Both the position numbers and the translations under genes were made by a program. Source: Malacoraja senta (taxonomy: Eukaryota). Taken from it: DNA of 64,000 bases. The notes under the pieces are model-generated. The model searched no databases and had not been told where the DNA came from. It saw only the letters and a list, made by a program, of their open reading frames with translations. This document shows, one piece after another, positions 1 to 11,900 of the stretch (position 1 is the first letter of the stretch; the number at the start of each line of letters is the position of its first letter). The stretch is taken from NCBI GenBank assembly GCA_038087875.1, contig JAXLNO010005343.1, forward strand, positions 124,001 to 188,000, in the 5' to 3' direction.

Positions 1-1798
1 AATATTTGGGAATTGAAATTACTAGAAAATATAAATCTTTATTTAATGCAAACTATATGCCCTTACTCCATAAACTAAACATACTGATTAAATTTTGGAA
101 AACTCTCCCGATGTCTCTAATAGGCCGAATTAATGCTTTAAAAATGATTTTTTTTTACCACAAATTTTATATCTAATATAATATTTTTACCAAATAAAAA
201 AATAATAAAAACTGGATGCTGATATTACAAATTTTATATGGGACTATAAATCCCATAGAATTCAAAGAAGACATTTGTGCAAACCTAAAGAATTTGGCGG
301 ATTATCACTCCCTAATTTTTTGTATTATTACTGGGCTGCAAATGTCAAAAATATGATTCACCTGTTGGACAACTCAGCCCAGCAGGTGGATTGGATAGTA
401 ATGGAGAGAGATGATTGTTCCCCTTTTAATATAGGAGCGATCCTTCTCTCACCAACAAAATTGAAGAATCCAATTATCCATAGTACAATTAGAATTTGGA
501 AAACAAATAAAATTAACTTTAAAATTAAGAAATCTATCGCTTCTTTCACCTATAATGAATAATCCTTCGTTTAAACCTTCTACGATAGATAAATCGTTTA
601 CATACTGGGATAGATTAGGAATTAAAACGTTTGGAGATATGTATGATAATGGAAGTTTTTTTAACATTTCACCAACTACAACTTAAATACAATTTGATTA
701 GTAATCAATATTTTAAATATTTTCAAATACGTGACTATTTGAAAAAAATATACAAAATATGTCTCCAGATTTATTAGACGAGACAATTAATATAAAAGCA
801 GAATCAACTAATTTAATATCATACCTGTATAATACCATCCTAAATATAGAAATACCATCATCTGATAGGATTAGAAGAGATTGGGAACAAGAACTAGCTA
901 TAAAAATCTCGAAAGAGAGTTAGGATAAACACTTGTTATATGTACATAAATGCTCGATTAACGTAAGACACATTCTAATTCAATTTAAAATCTTACATAG
1001 ATTATACTACTCAAAAGCTAAAATAAGTAAATTTTACCCAAATGGCTCTTCTATCTGTGATAAATGTCTAACCCAAGAAGCAAATATAGCACACTCTTTT
1101 GTTTTTTGTATAAAAATTCAAAAATTTTGGAATGAAATCTTTGACATTTTCACGAAATTATTAAAAATAAAACCGAAACCGAATGCAGAACTGATCATTT
1201 TTGGAACAATCGAAGCCAGTTTGGAGCTGTCTTCGTTTCAAAGGGGCTTTCTTAATTATGGCTTAATAACGGCAAAAAAACGTATACTGAAATTTTGGAA
1301 AAATGCTCCCACGCCAAAGACAAAAATGTGGATTTCTAATATGTCAGAACTGTTACACCTAGAAGATATGAGATTCCTCTTAGCAGGTAAACCAGACCAT
1401 TTCCAAAAGATTTGGTCTCCATTTATCGACATTACAAATATAGGGTGCAACAAAATGTTGATAATAAATGGTTTCAGGACCTGGTGAGGGGTGAGTAAAG
1501 ATATGAAGTAGGTACATCCCTTTTATCTTGTCTTATCTTATCTTACTTTTTTTTTTTTTTTAATGTTCCTTCTTTTGGTTTTTCTCTTTTGTTTAACTCT
1601 TTCTTGTGATTTAGGTCCCTATGGGTATTCCTAGACCACTCTTTCACTCACTCACTTACTATCTCTGCTAGCTCTCTCTATCCTTTTTCTTATTAAAGTT
1701 TAAAATAAGAAGTGGTACAAGAAATGTCTAATTTTATGTTTGTTTGAGATCACTGTATTGTACAATACTTCTAATTTTAAAAAAATTTAAAAAATGTT
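1..1798 (+). mobile_element. 3' part of an L1-clade LINE (ORF2 C-terminus plus 3' UTR), degenerate
   Basis: ORF fragments 275-562 (KEFGGLSLPNFLYYYWA) and 933-1487 (CDKCLTQEANIAHSFVFC, L1-type Cys-rich C-terminal motif), followed by a T-rich 3' UTR and an A-rich end near 1780-1798. Confidence 0.8.
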
Positions 1799-1874
1799 TA
1801 AAGCTTCATTAGCTATCCCTCAATCCATGTGCCCAACTGATCAAGATCCTGCTGTAATTTTTGATGACCGTCTT

Positions 1875-4800
1875 ACATAGATACATAGATACATAGAAAA
1901 TAGGTGCAGGAGTAGGCCATTCGGCCCTTCGAGCCTGCACCGCCATTCAATATGATCATGGCTGATCATCCAACTCAGTATCCCGTACCTGCCCTCTCTC
2001 CATACCCCCTGATCCCTTTAGCCACAAGGGCCACATCTAACTCCCTCTTAAATATAGCCAATGAACTGGCCTCAACTACCCTCTGTGGCAGAGAGTTCCA
2101 GAGATTCACCACTCTCTGTGTGACAAAGTTTTCCCTCATCTCGGTCTTAAAGGATTTCCACCTTATCCTTAAGCTGTGACCCCTTGTCCTGGACTTCCCC
2201 AACATCGGGAACAATCTTCCTGCATCTAGCCTGTCCAACCCCATAAGAATTTTGTACGTTTCTATAAGATCCCCTCTCAATCTCCTAAATTCTAGCGAGT
2301 ATAAGCCAAGTCTATCCAGTCTTTCTTCATATGAAAGTCCTGACATCCCTGGAATCAGTCTGGTGAACCTTCTCTGCACTCCTTCTATGGCTATAATGTC
2401 CTTCCTCAGATTTGGAGACCAAAACTGTACACAATACTCCAGGTGTGGTCTCACCAAGACCCTGTACAACTGCAGTAGAACCTCCCTGCTCCTATACTCA
2501 AATCCTCCTGCTATGAAGGCCAACATACCATTCGCTTTCTTCACTGCCTGCTGCACCTGCATGCCTACTTTCAATGACTGGTGTACCATGACACCCAGGT
2601 CTCGCTGCATCTCCCCATTTCCTAATCGGCCACCATTTAGATAATAGTCTGCCTTCCAGTTTTTTGCCACCAAAGTGGATAACCTCACATTTATCCACAT
2701 TATACTGCATCTGCCAAACATTTGCCCACTCACCCAGCCTATCCAAGTCACCTTGCAGTCTCCTAGCATCCTCCTCACAGCTAACACTGCCCCCCAACTT
2801 AGTGTCATCCGCAAACTTGGAGATGTTGCTTTCAATTCCCTCGTCCAGATCATTAATATAAATTGTAAATAGCTGGGGTCCCAGCACTGAGCCTTGCGGT
2901 ACCCCACTAGTCACTGCCTGCCATTGTGAAAAGGACCCGTTTACTCCTACTCTTTGCTTCCTGTTTGCCAGCCAGTTCTCTATCCACATCAATACTGAAC
3001 CCCCAATACCGTGTGATTTAAGTTTGTATCCTAATGTCTTATGTGGTACCTTGTCGAAAGCCTTCTGAAAGTCCAGATACAACACATCCACTGGTTCTCC
3101 CCTATCCACTCTACTAGTTACATCCTCGAAAAATTCTATAAGATTCGTCAGACACGATTTACCTTTCGTAAATCCATGCTGACTTTGTCCAATGATTTCA
3201 CCACTTTCCAAATGTGCTGCTATCCCATCTTTAATAACTGACTAGCAGTTTCCCCACTACCGATGTTAGACTAACTGGTCTGTAATTCCCCGTTTTCTCT
3301 CTCCCTCCCTTCTTAAAAAGTGGGGTTACGTTTGCTACCCTCCAATCCTCAGGAACTACTCCAGAATCTAAAGAGTTTTGAAAAATTATCACTAATGCAT
3401 CCACTATTTCTGGAGCTACTTCCTTAAGTACTCTGGGATGCAGCCTATCTGGCCCTGGTGATTTATCGGCCTTTAATCCATTCAATTTACCCAACACCAC
3501 TTCCCGACTAACCTGGATTTCACTCAGTTCCTCCATCTCCTTTGACACGCGGCCCCCTGCTATTTCCGGCAGATTATTTATGTCTTCCTAAGTGAAGACG
3601 GAACCAAAGTAGTTATTCAATTGGTCCGCCATATCCTTGTTCCCCATGATCAATTCACCTGTTTCTGACTGCAAGGGACCTACATTTGTTTTAACTAATC
3701 TCTTTCTCTTCACATATCTATAAAAACTTTTGCAGTCAGTTTTTATGTTCCCTGACAGTTTCCTTTCATAATCTATTTTCCCTTTCCTAATTAAGCCCTT
3801 TGTTTTCCTCTGCTGGTCTCTGAATTTCTCCCAGTCCTCTGGTATGCTGCTCTTTCTGGCTAATTTGTACGCATCATCTTTTGCTTTGATACTATCCCTG
3901 ATTTCCCTTGTTATCCACGGATGCACTACCTTCTCTGATTTATTCTTTTGCCAAACTGGGATGAACAATTTTTGTAGTTCATCCATGCAGTCTTTAAATG
4001 CCTTCCATTGCATATCCACCGTCAACCCTTTTAGAACTAATTGCCAGTCAATCTTGGCCAATTCACGTCTCATACCCTCAAAGTTACATTTCTTTAAGTT
4101 CAGAACCGTTGTTTCTGAATTAACAATGTCACTCTCCATCCTAATGAAGAACTCAACCATATTATGGTCACTCTTGCCCAAGGGGGCACGCACAACAAGT
4201 CTGCTAACTAACCCTTCCTCATTACTCAATACCCAGTCTAGAATAGCCTGCTCTCTCCTTGGTTCCTCTACATGTTGGTTTAGATAACTATCCCTCATAC
4301 ATTCCAAGAAATCCTCTTCCTCAGCACCCCTGCCAATTTGATTCACCCAATCTATATGTAAATTGAAGTCACCCATTATAACTGTTTTGCCTTTGTTGCA
4401 CGCATTTCAAATTTCCTGTTTGATGCCATCCCCAACTTCACTACTACTGCTAGGTGGCCTGTACACAACACCCACCAGCGTTTTCTGCCCCTTAGTGTTT
4501 CGCAGCTCTACCCATACCGATTCCACATCCTCCAAGCTAATGTCCTTCCTTTCCACTGCGTTAATCTCCTCTCTAACCAGCAACGCTGCCCCACCTCCTT
4601 TTCCTTTCTCTCTAACCCTCCTGAATATTGAATATCCTTGGATGTTCAGCTCCCCGCCTTGGTCACCCTGGAGCCATGTCTCCGTGATCCCAACTATATC
4701 ATAATCATTAATTGCTATCTGCACGTTCAACTCATCCACCTTATTACGAATGCTCCTTGCATTGAGACACAAAGCCTTCAGGCTTGTTTTTACAACGCTC

Positions 4801-5369
4801 TTACCCCTTATACAATTATGTTGAAAAGTGGCTCTTGATGATTTTTGCCGTGGATTTGTCTGCCTGCCACTTTTACTTTTCACCTTGCTACCTATTGCTT
4901 CCGCCCGCATTTTACACCCCTCTGTTTCTCTGCTCACCCATTTAAGAACCCCACCACCTCTTATTCTCTGTTTATTATTGTTTTCTTCTTTCTCCCCTAC
5001 ATGTTGGGTCTGAGTGCTTTCCTTCTCTGCCTCCTGCCTCACACACTGTCTAATAGCATTCTCTATTTGAGTCCCTCCCCCCAACCATTCTAGTTTAAAG
5101 TCTCCCCAGTAGCCTTTGCAGATCTCCCCGCCAGGATATCGGTCCCCCTCAGGTTCAAGTGCAACCCATCCTTTTTGTACAGGTCGAACCTTCCACAAAA
5201 GAGGTCCCAATGATCCAGAAATTTGAATCCCTGCCTTCTGCACCAGTCCTTCAGCCACGCATTTATCCTCCACCTCGCTCCATTCCTACTCTCATTGTCG
5301 CGTGGCACAGGCAGTAATCCCGAGATTGTTACCTTTGCTGTCCTTTTCTTTAACTCCCCTCCTAACGCC
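1875..5369 (-). mobile_element. CR1 LINE, 5'-truncated within ORF1; ORF2 (APE endonuclease + RT) frameshifted
   Basis: RT motifs YLDFQKAFDKVPH, GVPQGSVLGP and FADD (2498-3211). Endonuclease motifs VGITETW, GDFN and SDH (3588-4790). ORF1 C-terminus at 5090-5308. (ACATAGAT)n tail at 1875. The uninterrupted site is seen in the paralog at 39061-39070. Confidence 0.95.
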
Positions 5370-5387
5370 CTTCACTGATTAGTCTTT

Positions 5388-5674
5388 TTAGTTTCGAGCT
5401 ACAGCGTGGAAACAGACCCTTTTGCTCACTCAGTCTGCACAAACCAGCAATCCCAATACATTAATACTGTCGTACACACACTAAGGACAATTTACATTTA
5501 GACCTAGCCAATTAACCTACAAACCTTGGATTGGATTGTGGGAGGAAACCAAAGATCTCGAAAAAATTCACGTGGTCACAGGGAGAAATTCTTTACCGAC
5601 AGCACCCATAGTCAGGATTGAACCCGTGTCTTTAGCGCTGTAAGCAACTCCACCACTGCGCTACTGTGTCGCCC
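5388..5674 (-). mobile_element. HE1/V-SINE-like tRNA-derived SINE
   Basis: Reverse complement of the SINE seen at 28468 (tRNA-like head, central V-SINE-like block, CR1-like tail). Paralogous copy at about 39085-39380. Confidence 0.7.
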
Positions 5675-6612
5675 CTGTCGACGATACCACCTCCATTAAT
5701 GGCATCTGCAGACATTGTAATCATGGCTTGCATCTTCTCATCCAAATTGCTGATATAAAACACAAACAGCAATGGACCCAGCCCCGATCCATGAACACAG
5801 CAAGAGTCACAGCCTTCAGTCTGAAAAAAAAAAGTTTTAACTGCTTCCTTCCATAAATCAGATTCTCTACCCATTAAGCTAGTTCTCATGCCATCTAGCT
5901 TTCCAGGGCAAATTGGCATGCAGAACCTTCCATATAAACATTATCTATGGCCTTGCCATCTTCAACCTTCTAAGTTACTTCTTCAAAACTCTTGATCACA
6001 TACGTGAGGCTATATCACATGTGTAACTACACCAGGTTCAATATCACTGATCAGCAATGGTTCATAAACCTGCATATCTCAGAATACTCTCCAGTAACAT
6101 ATCTGCCATAGATGTCAGGCTCACAAATCTATAGTTCCTAGGCTTTTCCAGACAATACTCTGAAGGATAATTTATAGATGTATTTGAATAGACAAGGCTG
6201 ATTAGGGTTACCCAGCATGGTTTTGCATGTGGAACAGCGTGCCTCACGAATCTGATCGAATTTTTCAAGATGTGACCAAAAAAGTTGATGGCGGCAGAGC
6301 TGTAGATGTGTAACTGGATTTCAGCAAGCTGTCTGACAAGGTAGGTGCTCTGGACGGCGAGATCACATGGGATCCAGGAACATAGACACAAAATGATAAA
6401 CAGCATCTCTGGAGTGAAGGAATGAGTGACATTTCGGGTCGAGACCCTTCTTCAGAAGATTGTTTTTTTGGAATGGAGGGCGAGTGGTGTTCCTCCAGGA
6501 TCGGTACTAGGCCCATTGCTGTTTGTGGCTTACTGTATATCAATGATTTGGATGAGAACATACAAGGCCGGATTAGTAAGATTGCAGATGACTGATAATT
6601 GGGTGGTATTGT
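5675..6612. mobile_element. Old decayed CR1 RT fragments in both orientations, with a Penelope-like piece
   Basis: Minus-strand GLGPLLFVFYISNLD and plus-strand GVPPGSVLGPLLFVAY remnants. The plus-strand piece resumes at 10050-10545 after the younger CR1 insertion. Confidence 0.7.
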
Positions 6613-6613
6613 A

Positions 6614-9600
6614 ACCATATAACCATATAACCATATAACCATAACAGCACGGAAACAGGCCATCTCGGCCCTTCAAGTCCGTGCCGAACATTTAATTTTT
6701 TTTTTTTTTTTTTTTTTTTTAATTAAAAATAAAATTCTTCCCCCTAGTCCCATCTACCTGCACTCAGACCATAACCCTCCATTCCTTTCCCGTCCATATA
6801 CCCATCCAATCTATTTTTAAAGGATAACATCGAACCTGCCTCCACCACTTCCACTGGAAGCTCATTCCACACAGCTACCACTCTCTGAGTAAAGAAGTTC
6901 CCCCTAATGTTCCCCCTAAACTTCTGTCCCTTAATTCTCAAGTCATGTCCCCTTGTTTGAATCTTCCCTACTCTCAATGGGAAAAGCTTATCCACGTCCA
7001 CTCTGTCTAACCCGCTCATAATTTTAAAGACCTCTATCAAGTCCCCTCTTAACCTTCTGCGCTCCAAAGAATAAAGACCTAACTTGTTCAACCTTTCTCT
7101 GTAACTTAGTTGCTGAAATCCAGGCAAACATTCTAGTAAATCTCCTCTGTACTCTCTCTATTTTGTTGACATCCTTCCTATAATTAGGCGACCAAAATTG
7201 TACTCCATACGCCAGAATTGGCCTCACCAATGCCTTGCACAATTTTAACATTACATCCCAACTTCTATATTCAATGCTCTGATTTATAAAGGCCAGCACA
7301 CCAAAAGCTTTCTTTACCACCCTATCTACATGAGATTCCACCTTCAGGGAACTATGCACAGTTATTCCTAGATCCCTCTGTTCAACTGCATTCCTCAATT
7401 GGCTACCATTTACCGTGTACGTCCTATTTTGATTTGTCCTGCCGAGATGTAGCACCTCACATTTGTCAGCATTAAACTCCATCTGCCATCTTTCAGCCCA
7501 CTCTTCCAAATGGCCTAAATCTCTCTGTAGACTTTGAAAATCTACTTCATTATCCACAACACCACCTATCTTAATATCATCTGCATACTTACTAATCCAA
7601 TTTTCCATACCATCATCCAGATCATTGATGTACATGACAAGCAACAGTGGACCCAACACAGACCCCTGATGCACCCCACTAGTCACCGGCCTCCAACCTG
7701 ACAAACAGCATCCACCATTACTCTCTGGCATCTCCCATTCAGCCACTGTTGAATCCATCTTGCTACTCCACCATTAATACCCAACAATTGAATCTTCTTA
7801 ACCAACCTTCCATGAGGAACCTTGTCAAAGGCCTTACTGAAGTCCATATAGACAACATCCACTGCTTTACCCTAATCAATTTTCCTAGTAACCTCTTCGA
7901 AAAATTCAAGAAGATTAGTCAAGCATGACCTCCCAGGCACAAATCCATGTTGACTGTTCCTAATCAGACCCTGCTTATCCAGATGCTTATATATATTATC
8001 TTTAAGTATCCTTTCCATTAATTTGCCCACCACTGACGTCAAACCAACAGGTCTATTAATTGCTAGGTTTACTCTTCGAACCCTTTTTAAACAACGGAAC
8101 AACATGCGCAGTACGCCAATCCTCCGGCACTATTCCGGTTTCTAATGACATTTGAAATATTTCATTCATAGCCCCTGCTATTTCTACACTTACTTCCCTC
8201 AATGTCCTAGGGAATATCCTGTCAGGACCTGGAGACTTATCCGTTTTCATATTTTTCAAAAGTGTCCGCACCTCCTCTTCTTTGAATCTCACAGTTTCCA
8301 TTGCTACTCTGCTTGTTTCCCTTACCTCACATAATTCCATATCCTTCTCCTTCGTGAATACCGAAGAAAAGAAATTGTTCAATATCTCCCCCATCTCTTT
8401 TGGCTCTGCAGATAGCTGTCCACTCTGACTCTCTAATGGACCAATTTTATTCCTTGTTATCCTTTTGCTATTAATATAGCTGTAGAAACCCTTTGGATTT
8501 ACTTTCACCTTACTTGCCAAAGCAACCTCATATCTTCTTTTAGCTTTTCTAATTTCTTTCTTAATATTCTTTTTACATTCTTTATACTCCTCAAGCACCT
8601 CATTTACTCCATGCTGCCTATAATTATTGTAGATCTCTCTCTTTTTCCGAACCGTGTCCAATTTCCCTTGAAAACCATGGCTCTTTCCATTTTTTACTAT
8701 TTCCTTTCAACCGAACAGGGACATAAAGATTCTGTACTCTTAATATTTCACCCTTAAATGTCCTCCATTTTTCTTCTACATCCTTCCCATAAAACAACAT
8801 GTCCCAATTCACTCCTTTTAAATCCTTTCGCATCTCCTCAAAGTTAGCCTTTCTCCAAACAAAAATCTCAACCCTAGGTCCAGTTCTGACCCTCTCCATA
8901 ATTATATTGAAACTAATGGTATTGTGATCACTGGCCCGAAGTGCTCCCCGACGCATACCTCCACCACCTGCCCTGTCTCATTTCCTAACAGGAGGTCCAG
9001 CACTGCCCCTTCTCTAGTAGGTACCTCTATGTATTGCTGCAAACAACTATCTTGCACACATTTTACAAACTCCAAACCATCCAGCCCTTTTACAGAATGT
9101 GTTTCCAAGTCTATGTGTGGAAAATTGAAATCTCCCACAATCACTACGTTGTGCTCACTACTAATATCTGCTATCTCCTTACATATTTGCTCTTCCAATT
9201 CTCGCTCCCCATTTGGCGGTCTATAATACACCCCTATAAGTGTTGCTACACCTTTCCAATTACTCAGTTCCACCCAAATAGCCTCCCTAGACGAGCCCTG
9301 TAATCTATCCTGCCAAAGCACTGCTGTAATATCTTCCTTGACAAGCAATGCAACACCCCCACCTCTTGCCCCTCCAATTCTATCACCCCTGAAGCAACGA
9401 AATCCTGGAATATTTATTTGCCAATCACAGCCCCCCTGCAACCATGTTTCACTGATCGCCACAACATCATACTTCCAGGTGTCAATTCAGGCTCTAAGCT
9501 CATCCACCTTTCTTACAATGCTCCTAGCATTAAAATATACACATTTAAGAAACCCACCACCACTTATTCTCTGTTTATTATCTTTTTCTTCTTTCTCCCC

Positions 9601-10049
9601 TACATTTTGGGTCCGAGTGCTTCCCTTCTCTGCCTCCTGCCTCCCACATTTTCCACTAGCTTTCTCTATTTGAGTCCCTCCCCACAACCGTTCTAGTTTA
9701 AAGTCTCCCCAGTAGCCTTTGCAAATCTCCCCGCCAGGATATTGGTCCCCCTCGGGTTCAAGTGCAACCCGTCCTTTCTGTACAGGTCACACCTTCACCA
9801 AAAGAGGTCCCAATGATCCAGAAATTTGAATCCCTGCCCGCTGCACCAGTTCCTCAGCCACGCATTTATCCTCCACCTCACTCCATTCCTACTCTCACCG
9901 TCGCGTGGCACAGGTAGTAATCCTGAGATCGTTACCTTTGTAGTCCTTCTCCTTAACTCTCCTCCCAACTCCCTAAGTTCTCCTTTCAAGACCTCTTCTC
10001 TTTTTCTACCTATGTCATTGGTACCTATATGTACCACAACCTCAGGCTC
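6614..10049 (-). mobile_element. CR1 LINE, 5'-truncated, flanked by a 6-bp ATTGTA duplication
   Basis: RT (7024-8105) and endonuclease (8902-9687) fragments, ORF1 piece VVVHIGTNDIG (9795-10049), (AACCATAT)n tail. ATTGTA at 6608-6613 and 10050-10055. Confidence 0.95.
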
Positions 10050-10774
10050 ATTGTAGATAGCGAAATTGGTTATCAAATGTTACAGCAGGATCTTGATCAG
10101 TGGACAAGTGGGCTAATGAATGGTCAATGGAGTTTAATGCAGATAGGTGTGAGGTTTTGCATTTTGGGAAGTCATTTGTGGGCAGGACCATAATAGTGAA
10201 CGGCAGGGCTCTTGGGAGTTTGTAAAGCAGAGGGGTGAAGGTGTGCTGGTACGGTACATAGTTCCTTGAGAGTGGTGTCACAGGTAGACAAGGAGGTTAA
10301 GAAGGCTTTCGGTACACAGGCCTTCATCAGTCAGGGTACTGAGTATATAATTTGGGATGTTTTGTTACAGCTGTGTAAGGAGCCGAGGAACCGTTTTCCA
10401 CATAGTGGGGATATGAAATGAACTGCCAGATGAGATTATTGAGGCAGAAACTACAACAACATTTAAAGAACATTTGAACAGCACATGGATGGGTTAGGAG
10501 ACCAAACGCGGCCAGGTGGGACGAGTGCAGATGGAGCACCATGGTCACCATGGACGCCGGTAGGCCCGCCACTCCGGGCAGGCAGCCGCCCTCCTGGTCC
10601 CAGAATCCCCCGCCTCGCCCTCCGTCACTGGGAGCAATGAAAGCTCCGTGGAGGCAAGGGAGGCTGGCTTTGACCAGGCTCCCTCTCCCTCCTTTAAATA
10701 CAGCGCCTTCTAAACAAAACTACGACTATATTATTACCTCCATTTATTAACAATGGCGATAGATGTGACACCCT

Positions 10775-10830
10775 ATCCCTCACAGACATGGGTCCTGGCC
10801 CCGTGGCAGAACAAGGTTGCCGACCCCTGA
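10775..10830 (-). mobile_element. One end of a hAT-type MITE (TIR CAGGGGTCGGCAACC)
   Basis: GGTTGCCGACCCCTG at 10816-10830, followed by ATTTAGAG, which resembles a hAT 8-bp target site. The other end was not located. Confidence 0.5.
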
Positions 10831-11900
10831 TTTAGAGGTTCAAGCTCAGTTAAAGCTTTTCTTACAGAATCTAAATGTTGTACAATAGGTTTAACACCGT
10901 CGATACGTGCAGACCGTCTAGTATTGGACATTCCATGCAGAGAAACAAGAAGATGTCGGATTAGAATTTCCCACCTTTGTGGACTGCTGCTGAACAATTT
11001 GTACATTTGTTGAATCTTCCAAAGTAAGTAACTGCTTCCTTGCTTGACTAGGCGCAGTCAACACCGACAAGGTTTAGTGTATGATTTCTACGGCTAGAGA
11101 AAATGCAGTTTGAATTAAGCTCTCGTACAACTGCTTGTACATCATTATACCTTCCTAACACATTTGATCCATTATCATAAGCTTCTCCAATGGAGACTTG
11201 AAAATCCAACTTAAAACGTCGCCACATTGCCGCGCTACAGTCACGGAAGGAGTGACGTGCTTCATCGTCTGACAATCCAACCTTCAAAAACGGTTCACGC
11301 CCTGTGATCACTTGCTGCAGAAATGTTGACCAGCACCGCACTTCGCTGTTTCCCTTTTTGGGGGATAATTTTCACAGGTACTTGACAGTCCATAAATCTT
11401 TTATACACTCTAAAACCTACATCTATTCAAGATTTCGTTAATACGTGTCTTTATTTTCATTTGCAATTAGCCCTGCTCCTGCGTTTTGCTTTCTGAGGTG
11501 AAATATTACTAAATCGGTCGTGTGTTTTTTTTCCTTCACGGTCTGGTGAAACTTCAGAAAAAGTAACTCAATTCCATTAAGTAGTGAAAGTCCCGAAGGG
11601 CCAACATCCTTATTTTCACTCCTCTCATTCCTTCTTTCGGGAAGGGCCCCGCGTAAGCATACATTGGTGGAAACAGGATGAAAATAGTTGTTTTTCATCC
11701 ATTGCCCCGGGAGAAAGGTTTCGGGCATTATTCCTTAATCCAGTGGCTTACTGAAAATAGTCAATATGCGTCGACGGGATGCAGGAGTGTATTATTGTAC
11801 CATTACCCGCTGGGGCACTTTAGTTGGCAACGGTACCGGGACGACTTTAGTATGTTTAAACGTTTAACGAATGCGATTTCGCGACTGTGAGATTACCCCG
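10831..11900 (-). pseudogene. Decayed hAT transposase (Tip100/ZMYM1-like)
   Basis: GEAYDNGSNVLGRYNDVQAVVRELNSNCIFSSRRNHTLNLVGVDCA (11048-11341; catalytic D region and an eroded CxxH motif) and LFSSSPQRWEIL...SLHGMSNTRRSARIDGVK (10831-11006). Multiple stops and frameshifts. Confidence 0.8.

Noticed and set aside
2252-4287. Plus-strand ORFs of 60-150 aa overlapping CR1 elements (also at 8.9-9.7 kb, 29.8-31.2 kb and 60.7-61.5 kb)
   Set aside because: Antisense shadows of LINE coding sequence.
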